Positions 10,588-20,610 of a stretch of 64,000 nucleotides of DNA are shown here, in pieces (the stretch's first letter is position 1; every line of letters begins with the position of its first letter). Both the position numbers and the translations under genes were made by a program. The notes beneath the pieces are model-generated. The model saw nothing but the letters and a program-made list of their open reading frames with translations, was not told the DNA's origin and ran no database searches. The DNA is taken from the NCBI GenBank assembly GCA_964535955.1, contig CAZHVK010000007.1, positions 4,118 through 68,117 on the forward strand. Reading direction: 5' to 3'. The stretch is from an uncultured Methanosarcinales archaeon (GTDB taxonomy: Archaea; Nanobdellota; Nanobdellia; Woesearchaeales; CAXGTL01).

Positions 10588-10652
10588 AAAATTTAGAGGT
10601 GAAAGGGATTGTAAACATTCTTTAACCTCAAAATCAAAATTTAGAGGTGAAA
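10588..10652 (+). promoter_or_regulatory. direct repeat AAAATTTAGAGGTGAAA x2 in the histone leader; second copy supplies the SD
   Basis: identical 17-mers at 10588 and 10636; second copy places GAGGTGA 7 nt before the ATG. Confidence 0.4.
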
Positions 10653-10657
10653 TAAAT

Positions 10658-10861
10658 ATGGCAAAAGCAATACCAGCAGCTCCTGCTGAAAGAATTCTTA
10701 AGAATGCTGGAGCAAAAAGAGTATCAGATCCTGCTAAAAAGGCACTTGCAGATGTATTAGAAGATATTGGATTACAAGTAGCTGAAAAAGCTGTTCAAAT
10801 AGCAAAGAATTGTGGTAGGAAAACTGTAACAGACGAAGACATTAAGATGGTAAGGTTGTAG
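10658..10861 (+). CDS. archaeal histone (HMf family)
   Basis: 67 aa; PIAP/RIIK-like N-terminus, GRKTV...EDI histone-fold signature typical of archaeal histones. Confidence 0.85.
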   Translation: MAKAIPAAPAERILKNAGAKRVSDPAKKALADVLEDIGLQVAEKAVQIAKNCGRKTVTDEDIKMVRL

Positions 10862-10877
10862 ATTTACATTAAAGGAG

Positions 10878-11112
10878 GTGGTCAATATCCAAATAACAAT
10901 AGATACAGCAAAAGATTCGCCAGAAGACAAACTCACTAACGTTCGTAGCCTTCAGGCTCATGCAAAGGGGTGGTCAATATCCAAATAACAATAGATACAG
11001 CAAAAGATTCGCCAGAAGACAAACTCACTAACGTTCGTAGCCTTCAGGCTCATGCAAAGGGGTGGTCAATATCCAAATAACAATAGATACAGCAAAAGAT
11101 TCGCCAGAAGAC
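10878..11112 (+). repeat. 92-bp tandem duplication (2 full copies plus 50 bp) spanning RBS, GTG start and first 17 codons of the downstream gene
   Basis: identical GTGGTCAATATCCAAATAACAATAGATACAGCAAAAGATTCGCCAGAAGAC at 10878, 10970 and 11062; first two followed by an identical 42-bp GC-richer segment containing the AGCCTTCAGGCT palindrome. Confidence 0.9.
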
Positions 11113-11361
11113 ATAAAAAAAGCAATAGAATTGCTTTCTTCTTTGACTAATTCTAGAGTTAGAAGTAATTCTGATTTATTTACTAATACTGAAACTGAAT
11201 CTTCTAGTTCTTCTTTTTCTAATACTACTTCTAGTTCCACTAACACACAAAGTAATAGTGGAGGGGTATTTAATATGTTTAATAATAATCCTAGTCAAGA
11301 AACAAAATCTCAGGAACAAGATGAACAAGAACCTTCTAAAGTTCAGGTATTAAAATATTAA
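11062..11361 (+). CDS. Ser/Thr/Asn-rich low-complexity protein
   Basis: 99-aa ORF with GTG start preceded by GGAGGT; 5' end is the third copy of the tandem repeat. Confidence 0.35.
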   Translation: MVNIQITIDTAKDSPEDIKKAIELLSSLTNSRVRSNSDLFTNTETESSSSSFSNTTSSSTNTQSNSGGVFNMFNNNPSQETKSQEQDEQEPSKVQVLKY

Positions 11362-11398
11362 ATATCAAAAAATATTAAGAAAAAATAAAAAAAATAAA

Positions 11399-12151
11399 TT
11401 ACTTAATTGTAAATTTATGATCTGCTGTGTATAACCACTTAGCGCCGTCAAAGAACTTAATTTTTAAATCCTTTTCTATTGTTAAATCTTTGAATGATCC
11501 ACTTTTTAGTTCAATAGTTTCTTCTATAATCTCTCCTTCACCTATTGAATATGAATCTTCAGCTCTAAGCAAATCTGATAATTCAGTTGTTTTTGAATCA
11601 AATGCATATACTTTTAATGTAAAGTCATCATATTCTTTTTTATTGTTCTCTACTTTGTATGTAACACCTGTAATTTTACCAAACTCTGAAGCCTTACCTT
11701 TGTTTTTTATTACTGTTTCAACATCTAAAATAGTATATTTTATTTGACCTTTTTTAGCAGTCATTGTTGTTGCTTCTTCTTCTGCTTTCAGTGCTGCTTC
11801 TTCTTCTGCTTTTTTAGCAGCTGCTTCTTCTTCAGCTTTCTTTGCAGCTTCTTTTACAGCTTCTTCTGCAGCTATTTCTTCTGCAGTTTTTTCTGTATCT
11901 TCTCCTGCATCATCACCTGTAGCACTTAACTCAGAGTCTGTATCATCTGTCCCACTATTATCCACAGCTGCTGCTGTTAAATCTGAATTACCAACACAAC
12001 TACCACATGTTAATCGTGGAAATGGATTGTGTACAAATAAGAAGAACAACAGCACAACAATAATTAGAATATAGAAAATCCTTTCAAGATTTCTAGGTTT
12101 TGGTATTTTTATTGTAAAATATTCCTTTTTTTTTTCAACATCTATTGACAT
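11399..12151 (-). CDS. membrane-anchored protein with Ala/Glu-rich (EEAAKKAEEEAA) repeats
   Basis: N-terminal TM segment, CGSC, acidic linker, ~33-bp DNA repeats encoding A/E/K heptad-like repeats, C-terminal globular domain. Confidence 0.45.
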   Translation of the reverse strand: MSIDVEKKKEYFTIKIPKPRNLERIFYILIIVVLLFFLFVHNPFPRLTCGSCVGNSDLTAAAVDNSGTDDTDSELSATGDDAGEDTEKTAEEIAAEEAVKEAAKKAEEEAAAKKAEEEAALKAEEEATTMTAKKGQIKYTILDVETVIKNKGKASEFGKITGVTYKVENNKKEYDDFTLKVYAFDSKTTELSDLLRAEDSYSIGEGEIIEETIELKSGSFKDLTIEKDLKIKFFDGAKWLYTADHKFTIK

Positions 12152-12266
12152 TTTTAATATCCTCCCATATTTTTGACATTATATTAAGTTATTTATATAT
12201 TATTTGATTAGTATTTATATACATTTCGGTTGATTTTAGGTTGATTTAAGGATAAAATATATATAT

Positions 12267-12722
12267 GTGGATGTAATTCTTAATTATATGGAAAAAACAA
12301 ACAAATACAAATTCCTGCCTCATACAGCAGATGCCAAATTCCAAGCATTTGGAAAGACATTAGATGAAGCTTTCTCAAACGCAGCTTTAGCAATGTTTAG
12401 TGTTATGTTTGAAACAGAGAAAATCAAGCCAAAACTTACAAAAACAATAGAAGTAAAAGCTAGTAACAAAGAATCATTATTATACAATTTCTTAGAAGAA
12501 CTTTTGTTCCACCTAGATACAAATACTTTCTTCCTACACAAAGTCAACACATTAAGAATCTCAAAGCATAATGGTGATTTGATCTTGTTTTCAGAAGTAG
12601 TTGGTGACACAAATCTAGATAAATATGCAATACATTCAGAAGTCAAAGCAGTAACATATAATGAGATGTTTATTAAAGAACAAAAAGATAAGGTTGTTGT
12701 GCAGGTTGTTGTTGATTTGTGA
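12267..12722 (+). CDS. archease (RtcB activator)
   Basis: FLPHTADAKF...EAFSNAALAM archease signature; 151 aa; 0.6 kb upstream of rtcB. Confidence 0.85.
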   Translation: MDVILNYMEKTNKYKFLPHTADAKFQAFGKTLDEAFSNAALAMFSVMFETEKIKPKLTKTIEVKASNKESLLYNFLEELLFHLDTNTFFLHKVNTLRISKHNGDLILFSEVVGDTNLDKYAIHSEVKAVTYNEMFIKEQKDKVVVQVVVDL

Positions 12723-12725
12723 AAT

Positions 12726-13025
12726 GTGATAGCAATGAATAAAAAAGAAGACCTAAAAAGCAAAATTCTTAAAGAATTCAGTGAGTATGGTATAAGATTA
12801 TTTACAATAGGACATCAAGATGATAAACATTATTTTCAAATATTTTATAATCCAAGAAATAATGAAAATGGAATTGGTGTAAAACAAGCAATCATTAAAA
12901 ACGAATTAAGAAAAGTATATGGTGATAATGCCAGTTTGACTATGTTAAACACTGATCAACTTCCTGAAAACATTGAACATCCTGATATTGAGGTTGTTTA
13001 TGATAAAAGATGGTTGGAAAGGTAA
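12726..13025 (+). CDS. hypothetical protein
   Basis: 99-aa ORF between archease and rtcB. Confidence 0.3.
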   Translation: MIAMNKKEDLKSKILKEFSEYGIRLFTIGHQDDKHYFQIFYNPRNNENGIGVKQAIIKNELRKVYGDNASLTMLNTDQLPENIEHPDIEVVYDKRWLER

Positions 13026-13062
13026 AACTTTATAAACTTCTTTTCACACACCTTATCTAGAG

Positions 13063-13260
13063 GTGATTATTATGTCAATTGATTCTGAATTAGAAAAAGA
13101 AAGAGAGGAACAAACAAAAAATCAGACAAATCACAAACCCAGGAAAAAACCAAGTTCTAAACTAATTACTATTGACGAAATCCCTTTGGGTTTATGTGCA
13201 AGGTATACAAATAGGGAATTATATTATAGAGGTCAAATTGAGACTTATGAATTGGTTTGA
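13063..13260 (+). CDS. hypothetical small protein
   Basis: 65-aa ORF. Confidence 0.2.
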   Translation: MIIMSIDSELEKEREEQTKNQTNHKPRKKPSSKLITIDEIPLGLCARYTNRELYYRGQIETYELV

Positions 13261-13314
13261 TTAGTAAACTTTATATATTAACTGCTTGTTTCTTTGTTTA
13301 ATTAAGAAAATTAG

Positions 13315-14745
13315 GTGGGGATAAATATGGAACCAAAAAAAATAAATGAATTTACATGGCAGATAGATAAAACAGGTAATATGAAAGTACCTGCAATTAT
13401 TTATGCTTCTGACAAATTAATGAATCTAATTAAAAAAGATAAAACTTTACAACAAGTACAGAATGTTGCATGTCTTAAAGGCATACAAAAAGCTTCATAT
13501 GCAATGCCTGATGCACATCAGGGTTATGGCCTACCAATCGGCGGTGTTGCAGCATTTGACATGGATGAAGGAATTATAAGTCCAGGTGGTGTTGGTTATG
13601 ATATTAATTGTTCTGTTAGATTATTATCCACAAATATAAGTATAAAACAAATGATGGATAAGAGAAAAGAGGTAATCAACTTATTATTTGACAACATTCC
13701 AGCAGGTGTTGGTAAAAAAGGAAAAAAACGTTTCACCAAAGATGAATTAACAGAAGTATTAGCAGGTGGCACAAAGTGGGCTGTAGAAAATGGATATGGT
13801 GTTAAACAAGATTATGAACACACAGAAGATCAAGGTTGTTTACCAAATGATCCAAATACTGTAAGTGAAAGAGCAATGCAAAGAGGAATGCCTCAATTAG
13901 GTTCATTAGGAGCTGGTAATCATTTTCTAGAAATACAAAAAATAGATCAAATCTATAAACCAGAACTTGCTAAGACTTTTATGCTAGATAATAAAGATAA
14001 TGTGACAATAATGGTGCACTGTGGTTCAAGAGGATTAGGTCATCAAGTTGCTTCTGATTATATAAAAGAAATGGAACAAAAGTTTGGTATAGCAAATTTA
14101 CCAGACAGGCAACTGATAAATGCTCCATTACAATCAGATTTAGGTAAAAAGTATCTTAATGCAATGGGTGCTGCTGCTAATTTTGGCTTTGCAAATAAAC
14201 AAATGATAACTCATTGGATTAGGGAAAGTTTACAAAAGATATTCTGTGAGAGTGTAGAAGCAAATGTAGTTTATGATGTTTGTCATAATATTGCAAAGAT
14301 TGAGAAACACAAGATAGATGGTCAGATGAAAGAAGTTTGTGTACATAGAAAAGGTGCAACAAGATCATTTGGTCCTGGTAGAGAAGAATTACCTTCCACA
14401 TACCAATCAACAGGCCAACCAGTTCTTATTCCAGGTTCAATGGGAACAGCATCTTATGTATTGGTTGGAACAGAGGAAGCAGAAGAATTATCATTTGCAT
14501 CAACAGCACATGGTGCAGGCAGAGTTGCATCAAGGTCAGCTATGCTAAGAAACTATAGAGGAGAGGAAATACAAAAACAAATGCAAGCAAAAGACATATT
14601 CTTAAAAGGCGCATCATGGAAAGGTATTGCAGAAGAAGCACCACAAGCATACAAAGATATTGACGAAGTTATTCGTGTGTCTGATTCTTTAGGCATTGGC
14701 AAGAGTGTTGTTAGGGTTGTTCCTTTGGGTGTTATTAAAGGTTAA
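13315..14745 (+). CDS. rtcB: RNA-splicing ligase RtcB
   Basis: HQGYGLPIGGV, GAGNHFLE, HCGSRGLGHQVA, HRKGAT motifs; 476 aa. Confidence 0.9.
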   Translation: MGINMEPKKINEFTWQIDKTGNMKVPAIIYASDKLMNLIKKDKTLQQVQNVACLKGIQKASYAMPDAHQGYGLPIGGVAAFDMDEGIISPGGVGYDINCSVRLLSTNISIKQMMDKRKEVINLLFDNIPAGVGKKGKKRFTKDELTEVLAGGTKWAVENGYGVKQDYEHTEDQGCLPNDPNTVSERAMQRGMPQLGSLGAGNHFLEIQKIDQIYKPELAKTFMLDNKDNVTIMVHCGSRGLGHQVASDYIKEMEQKFGIANLPDRQLINAPLQSDLGKKYLNAMGAAANFGFANKQMITHWIRESLQKIFCESVEANVVYDVCHNIAKIEKHKIDGQMKEVCVHRKGATRSFGPGREELPSTYQSTGQPVLIPGSMGTASYVLVGTEEAEELSFASTAHGAGRVASRSAMLRNYRGEEIQKQMQAKDIFLKGASWKGIAEEAPQAYKDIDEVIRVSDSLGIGKSVVRVVPLGVIKG

Positions 14746-14760
14746 AGGAGGTATTAAAAA

Positions 14761-15003
14761 ATGGAAGCAGATGAAAGATTAGTAGATATACGTCAAGAAA
14801 TGAAAGCACTAGAACAAGGTTATAAAACTGTAACTGATAATTTGAGATTATTATTGCCTACTTTGATTTCAATAGTTCTAAAACCTGAAGAAAGAACTGA
14901 ACTTTTAGTAAAAGTAGAATTAAAAAAAAAATTAATCAAAGAATGGATAAGTTACAGTAGAGGAGCTGAAAAGAATGTGTTAAAATTGATAAAACAATTT
15001 TGA
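14761..15003 (+). CDS. hypothetical small helical protein
   Basis: 80-aa ORF 16 nt after rtcB with GGAGGT RBS. Confidence 0.3.
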   Translation: MEADERLVDIRQEMKALEQGYKTVTDNLRLLLPTLISIVLKPEERTELLVKVELKKKLIKEWISYSRGAEKNVLKLIKQF

Positions 15004-15084
15004 TTATAATAAAGGGATAAAGCATATATTATATATACCAACATAGAAATCTTTTTAAATCCAGTCTAACTTCTATATATAATC

Positions 15085-15987
15085 ATGAGTCATGAAGAAG
15101 TAGAAATGCAAAAAATAGTACAAAAAGGATGTTTTTCAGATGAATTCTCAGTATCAGACAAAAGTATTATTGAATATTGTCAAGCAATCAAAGATGCTAA
15201 TCTAGGTTCTGCTGAAGATCATGAAAGAAAAGTACATCCACCACTTGTTCCTGGAAACCAAACTGCATCACTAGGTTTTGTATTTAGTGAAGAAGTTTAT
15301 AGGTCTAAAGTTTTTCATAAATTATTAGAACATTATGAATTTCATTTTAGAATTGGTGATTTTATTACTAATGATGTTCCAATGAGTATTTCTTTGGATC
15401 TGGACAAAGCAGGTGAAAAAAAACAAAACTTTATGGAGATCAAAGCAGTTGATAAATTAAAAGGTTTAGAAGGTAAATTAATTGAAAAAAGATCACTTTG
15501 TGCAGATGAAATTACAGAAGATTATTTTGAACTACCTTTTATTCAAATTAAAGAAAAAGATGTTGCTAAATTAGTACAAAGTTTAAGTATTGTTAAATAT
15601 AATGAAAAAACAGTACAAGACCAAAATCCTGTTTACAAATTATTATTAGGTTATACTTCATGGGCACTTAAACAATCAAAAGATATGTTAGATTTACACA
15701 TGGACCCTGAAAAAAGATATATTTATCTAAATCAAGTATTTAATATCTTTCCTGAAATCATGGATAAAAAAATAGGAGATAAAATAATATATTTTGTAAA
15801 AGCTCCTGCACTAAGCAAAAGAGCAGGAAAAAGGTTTTTCAATGGAAAATATAGTGTAATTATACGTGACACACGTGGTAATGATTTAGCTCAAGTTAAA
15901 TCAATATTAAAAGGCATTGATGCAGGAAGATCACAAGGTGCTGTTATTGGTAAACTTTGTGATAATTATTGGAAAAAATTAAAATAA
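15085..15987 (+). CDS. hypothetical protein
   Basis: 300-aa ORF, no recognizable motif. Confidence 0.4.
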   Translation: MSHEEVEMQKIVQKGCFSDEFSVSDKSIIEYCQAIKDANLGSAEDHERKVHPPLVPGNQTASLGFVFSEEVYRSKVFHKLLEHYEFHFRIGDFITNDVPMSISLDLDKAGEKKQNFMEIKAVDKLKGLEGKLIEKRSLCADEITEDYFELPFIQIKEKDVAKLVQSLSIVKYNEKTVQDQNPVYKLLLGYTSWALKQSKDMLDLHMDPEKRYIYLNQVFNIFPEIMDKKIGDKIIYFVKAPALSKRAGKRFFNGKYSVIIRDTRGNDLAQVKSILKGIDAGRSQGAVIGKLCDNYWKKLK

Positions 15988-16008
15988 AGATATCATAAAA
16001 CAAAAGAG

Positions 16009-16296
16009 GTGGTTAAGATCAAAATGTTATATAATAATACTGAATGGTGGGGATTAGGAGTAAGTGAAGTTGAAGAATTTCCTGTTTGTTCTTATACATT
16101 AAAAAGAATAATAAAAGAAAAAAGAAAAGAAAATCTAAAAAAAAGAAAAAGATTTCCACCACAGATTCCTGACATATTTGGATTAGGAGCGCATTATGAT
16201 GGTAGGTCTTTAGACACATTAGCTAGTGGTTCTGATTATAAAATAAATGATGAAGACTTGTCTTATCTAAGTGATGTATTGTTTAGAATTTATTAG
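16009..16296 (+). CDS. hypothetical protein
   Basis: 95-aa ORF with GAGGTGG RBS. Confidence 0.25.
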   Translation: MVKIKMLYNNTEWWGLGVSEVEEFPVCSYTLKRIIKEKRKENLKKRKRFPPQIPDIFGLGAHYDGRSLDTLASGSDYKINDEDLSYLSDVLFRIY

Positions 16297-16913
16297 ATCT
16301 CAATGATCTTCCCTTTCTTACCAACATTAATAACTTTAGTATTTCCAATCTTTTCTTCAATACCTTCTGCTTCATGTACATGTGAACAAAGTAATATGTT
16401 TGGTTTAAAAGTATCAATTGCTTTTTTAACAGCATCACTTGGTGGCACAAAATCTGATAATTGACCCATCAATGATTCAGAAGGATGCATATGTGTAACC
16501 ATTATCTTTTTTTGCAGACCTTTAATCTTTTCATGACCTTTATTTAATAAAGAAAACATTTCTTCTTCAGAAAATAGAGGTGCTGGTCCAACATTTGTTG
16601 CACCGCCTGCTCCAAATATACCTACATCATTTGCAGTGATTGCATAACCATGCAGGTTCTTTATTCCATATAACTCAGCTAAGAACCCGGTTGTAGCAAT
16701 TGATTCATGATTACCTGGTATAATAAACACTTTAAGATTATTCTCAACAAAAGGCTTTATCAAGTGCTGTGTTGACATGTCTGCAAATGTTATGTCACCG
16801 CATATGATGACATAGTCTACATTATTCTGAACAGCTTTTTCAGCTAATTCTTTTGCTAAATTTAGGTCGCCGTGTATGTCACCGGCTGCTAGTATTTTCA
16901 TGTTGGATTCCAC
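16293..16913 (-). CDS. calcineurin-like metallophosphoesterase (MJ0936/YfcE-like)
   Basis: GDIHGD, GDITF, GNHE, HVHE motifs in canonical order. Confidence 0.75.
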   Translation of the reverse strand: MESNMKILAAGDIHGDLNLAKELAEKAVQNNVDYVIICGDITFADMSTQHLIKPFVENNLKVFIIPGNHESIATTGFLAELYGIKNLHGYAITANDVGIFGAGGATNVGPAPLFSEEEMFSLLNKGHEKIKGLQKKIMVTHMHPSESLMGQLSDFVPPSDAVKKAIDTFKPNILLCSHVHEAEGIEEKIGNTKVINVGKKGKIIEI

Positions 16914-17013
16914 CTTTTATTATTAGCTTTCAACATGAAAGCTACGAACGATAGTGAGTATGTTTTCATTTTGTATCTTGGTATCCTACCTTATTTATAA
17001 ATTATGTGTTTAA

Positions 17014-17403
17014 TCATACCACTCTTATAATTGGTCCTTCTGAATCTGCCAGCTCATATCCAATATCTTTAAATTCTTTCATAATTTGTTCAAAACCTGC
17101 ATTTGTTATATACCTTGGGTGCAAACGCAACTTATCAACTTCTGAATGATAAGGCGACCTTGATTCATATATTTCTTTTGGTCTTTCTTTACCTAAAAGT
17201 ATGTGGTAACCTTTTCGTCCTTTAAGATCAGCAATAAACCTTTCTCCATTTATATCTCCAAAATTAATAGCTATTTCATCCATATCATCACTTTCATGAT
17301 AAATACAACAAGGTTCATCATCTAACATTATTTCTAAAAGAGTTTTTTCAACAATTTTACTTGTTTTTTCATCTTTTATCCAGTATTGTCTGTTCATTTT
17401 CAT
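17014..17403 (-). CDS. hypothetical protein
   Basis: 129-aa ORF overlapping upstream gene by 4 nt. Confidence 0.35.
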   Translation of the reverse strand: MKMNRQYWIKDEKTSKIVEKTLLEIMLDDEPCCIYHESDDMDEIAINFGDINGERFIADLKGRKGYHILLGKERPKEIYESRSPYHSEVDKLRLHPRYITNAGFEQIMKEFKDIGYELADSEGPIIRVV

Positions 17404-18962
17404 GCATAACCTCCTATCAATCCATTAACCCTTGTTTTCCACCCAAAATAATCTTTATTAGGATCATGATATATTCTTCCCATATAACCAATTGCTCTTG
17501 TTCTTATGATCTGGCTTCTTGTCAAATCAGTATTAGGATCAAACTTATCACTTTGGAACATATAAGTTGCATTTCCTTCATAATTATATTCAACAAATGT
17601 TATTCCATTTTTTCTGAATGCCACATATTCTCCACCAGATGCAAAAAAACTACCACCATAGATTTCAGGTTTTAGTGGATTTAACACTTTTTTTAAATAT
17701 TTTTGTGGTTTAGTCCTTAATTTAGGTTGATATGATTGTGTTTTTGGTTTTCTAGGCTTTGTCAAGTTTCTAACTCTTGTTTCTAAAGATTCATTCCAAT
17801 CTATGAACCTTCTGATTATTGCCTTTCCTTTTTTAGCCTGATCAAAGACAAACTTTGCTATTTTTTTGTCTTTGCCTCTTAAGACTGCACCGTCAGAAGT
17901 TACTATTGATCCTTCTCTAAGATACTTTTTTTCCAGATCCTCAAAACCACCAGAATAATCATATGGTTTTAATTTCAAAAGTCTATTCTTATTTGTCTCA
18001 TATAATTGATAAAACTTTCCTTTAGAATAAAGAAGAACTTTAGCATAATGTTTTGTCATAAGTGAATATTCATTACAAAATTTTTTTATATCAAGGCCAA
18101 AACCATCACTATACTTATCACTTAATTTATTATATTTTCTTGCGATTCTATGTAAAAACTTAAGATTATGTTCACAAACTTGTTTACTTTTTTTCTGTGT
18201 CCTTTTGTCTTTAAAAATTGGATCTGGATCATATCCTGTCTCTTGTAATATCTTTTGGAATAATCTTTTACTCTGGTTTTTCCTTGTTTCTAAATTATTT
18301 AAAGTGTGGATATAAGATTTTAATTCTCTTTCTCTTTTTTCTAGATTAAATCTTAGTTGATATTTATCTGAATTTTTTTTCATCATATCTTCGAGTTTTA
18401 ATCTAATATTTTTTCCAAAAATAGGATACTTATTAACAAACTTTCTTGATTTTTCGATTAGAAACGTTCCCTGAGAATATTCTCTTGCTAAGAAAATTAA
18501 ATAATCTCCAGATTTTTCAATAGCTTTGTTATCCAAGGGAAAGTTACATTTTACTGATTGAACACGTATTCTTTTACATCTTCCATTACTTAGTAATTGA
18601 AACATTTCTCTATTATAAATTGTACGCTTAAAAAAGAGAACAGCATATTTTTCAGGAATACTTGATAATAATGCTTGCCTGCTTTTATAATATAATTCAT
18701 TTATTTGATCACTGGTAATCCCACTAATCACTTGATGTATTCTTTGTTTTTCTTTTTTTAATGCATCATCATATGTTGATATCTCTTCCTCAACTGCTTC
18801 TACTTTAGACATAAGATCATCTAAAGCATTATAATATTCTTCAGAAAAAGCTATTTCTTTAGAATTATCCCTAATACACCCACCTAATCTTGCTATCTCT
18901 TGCTCTACTTCCTGCTTATCATAAATACCTTTTGCTAGTCTTTTAAGTATCTCTTCTAACAT
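17400..18962 (-). CDS. hypothetical Lys-rich large protein
   Basis: 520-aa ORF, coiled-coil N-terminus, no family motif; promoter motif 28 nt upstream. Confidence 0.45.
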   Translation of the reverse strand: MLEEILKRLAKGIYDKQEVEQEIARLGGCIRDNSKEIAFSEEYYNALDDLMSKVEAVEEEISTYDDALKKEKQRIHQVISGITSDQINELYYKSRQALLSSIPEKYAVLFFKRTIYNREMFQLLSNGRCKRIRVQSVKCNFPLDNKAIEKSGDYLIFLAREYSQGTFLIEKSRKFVNKYPIFGKNIRLKLEDMMKKNSDKYQLRFNLEKRERELKSYIHTLNNLETRKNQSKRLFQKILQETGYDPDPIFKDKRTQKKSKQVCEHNLKFLHRIARKYNKLSDKYSDGFGLDIKKFCNEYSLMTKHYAKVLLYSKGKFYQLYETNKNRLLKLKPYDYSGGFEDLEKKYLREGSIVTSDGAVLRGKDKKIAKFVFDQAKKGKAIIRRFIDWNESLETRVRNLTKPRKPKTQSYQPKLRTKPQKYLKKVLNPLKPEIYGGSFFASGGEYVAFRKNGITFVEYNYEGNATYMFQSDKFDPNTDLTRSQIIRTRAIGYMGRIYHDPNKDYFGWKTRVNGLIGGYA

Positions 18963-18987
18963 ATTCTATATAGAGAACTCATTACCC

Positions 18988-19002
18988 TTTATAAATGTTT
19001 CG
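18988..19002 (-). promoter_or_regulatory. BRE/TATA promoter (CGAAACATTTATAAA on minus strand)
   Basis: reverse complement of the recurrent promoter consensus, ~28 nt upstream of the 18962 start. Confidence 0.5.
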
Positions 19003-19025
19003 ATTAATTCACCACTAAACAGTAA

Positions 19026-19592
19026 CTAATCTTCATGCAAATAAACAACCTTACTAGGCTTACCTTTTTTCTCGCCTTCATATATAGCAAAATGGCATAT
19101 TCTTTTTAATTGTACATCTAAATTCTCTAAAGAAGTCATAAAATTCTTACCAGTAACATTCGCAGGCGGAGTCACAATCGGAACTCCAAGCTCTGAGATC
19201 ATCTTCTGCATCCAATGAGCAGGCATTCTGACACCAATTGTAGCATTATTATCTCTTGGATTAACATGTTTAGAAACAGCTTTTGGATTTTTTAATTTAA
19301 GAAATAATGTATATGCACCTGGCAGCTTGTCAACCCATTCTTCAGCATGTTTAGGCACAACACAGTTTTCATATATCCATTTTTTGCTTGGTGCAATAAC
19401 AGCAAAAGATCTTTCTTCACTGTTTTTTGTTTCTCTTATTTTTTTTACTGCATTATCATCTAAAGCATTGCATCCTATTCCATATATTGTATCTGTTGGA
19501 TAAATAAAAATCTCACCAGAATGAATCTTATTACTTATCCGAAATTTCTCATGCCTTACTTCAGATTTAGTATATGTCTTCATAATATACAC
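19026..19592 (-). CDS. tsaC: L-threonylcarbamoyladenylate synthase, YrdC/TsaC type
   Basis: YPTDTIYGIGCNA...ETKNSEERSFAV YrdC/Sua5 core; 188 aa (short, no Sua5 C-domain). Confidence 0.75.
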   Translation of the reverse strand: MYIMKTYTKSEVRHEKFRISNKIHSGEIFIYPTDTIYGIGCNALDDNAVKKIRETKNSEERSFAVIAPSKKWIYENCVVPKHAEEWVDKLPGAYTLFLKLKNPKAVSKHVNPRDNNATIGVRMPAHWMQKMISELGVPIVTPPANVTGKNFMTSLENLDVQLKRICHFAIYEGEKKGKPSKVVYLHED

Positions 19593-19688
19593 TAATGTTC
19601 TTAGAGTTTATATATTTTTTGTTTTCAAAGAATATAATATATATACTAAATCACAAATAGTTATACTGCTTTATATTAGTTTAATATT

Positions 19689-20540
19689 TTAATAATCTAA
19701 AATACCATACCAATACAACAATAATCTGTCAACAGCTTTTGTTAATTCTTTTTCTTTACCAGAAACAATAACACAATTATCTTTTAATTCTACTTTTGTT
19801 TGATTATCATATTTTATAAATATCACTGCTTTATCAGTATTATCACATGTAATGATTGGTCTATCCTTACAAGAAACTGTAAAATTCTCTGCACATGCAG
19901 AAACAATGTCTCTATTGATTGCTTGTTTTAGATTAAGGCTCAACTCAGCAGAAGCTAGTGTAACATAAGTCAATCTTTCTGTAAACCCATCCATTGGTTC
20001 AAAAGTAATATAAACTTGATCATCATTAATAAAAGCATCATTTAATTTACCTTCTAAAGGAACATCAATAACTTCTCTTGGTCCAAAATGTAGTGGAATA
20101 TTATAATCCCTTCCTGTTCTGTCATTATGCAGAGTAAAGTACCACAAACTTTCAATATATTTGAATTCAATATTTTTAAACACATAACTATCTTCAACAA
20201 CTCCTTTAATATTCCTGCCTGTTATTGCACTATCAAAATCCTCAAGTTTGCTTGCAACAAAAAATTGATTATAATAAACTAAACCTAGTATTAGAATAAC
20301 AATGATTATTAAAGAAAACACAACATTTTTAGAACTTTTATCAGAACTTTGTTTTTTATTGTTTGTTTCTGTATCTGGTTTTTCTTCAGTTTTTTCTTGA
20401 TTATTTGTTTCTTGTTGATTATCTTTGTCTTTTTGTCTATTTGTTTCTATATTTTCTTGTTTTTCTTCAGAATTACTAACTATATCTGTATTTCCAATAG
20501 AAACAAATTCTTCTTTACTATCACTTTGCTCTTTTTCCAT
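19689..20540 (-). CDS. membrane protein with low-complexity cytoplasmic N-terminus
   Basis: K/E/Q/T-rich N-terminus, one TM (FSLIIIVILILGLVYY), ~190-aa C-terminal domain. Confidence 0.4.
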   Translation of the reverse strand: MEKEQSDSKEEFVSIGNTDIVSNSEEKQENIETNRQKDKDNQQETNNQEKTEEKPDTETNNKKQSSDKSSKNVVFSLIIIVILILGLVYYNQFFVASKLEDFDSAITGRNIKGVVEDSYVFKNIEFKYIESLWYFTLHNDRTGRDYNIPLHFGPREVIDVPLEGKLNDAFINDDQVYITFEPMDGFTERLTYVTLASAELSLNLKQAINRDIVSACAENFTVSCKDRPIITCDNTDKAVIFIKYDNQTKVELKDNCVIVSGKEKELTKAVDRLLLYWYGILDY

Positions 20541-20610
20541 ATTAAATAGTGAAGTAATGTGATTATTTAAAAGTATTTCTATAGTTTTGAATATAATAGA
20601 AGTAACTTAA

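Noticed and set aside
10878-11112. Possible mini-CRISPR array (50-bp repeat, 42-bp spacer)
   Set aside because: The two spacers are identical to each other and the repeat contains an RBS plus start codon; this is a tandem duplication, not a CRISPR array. No cas genes nearby.
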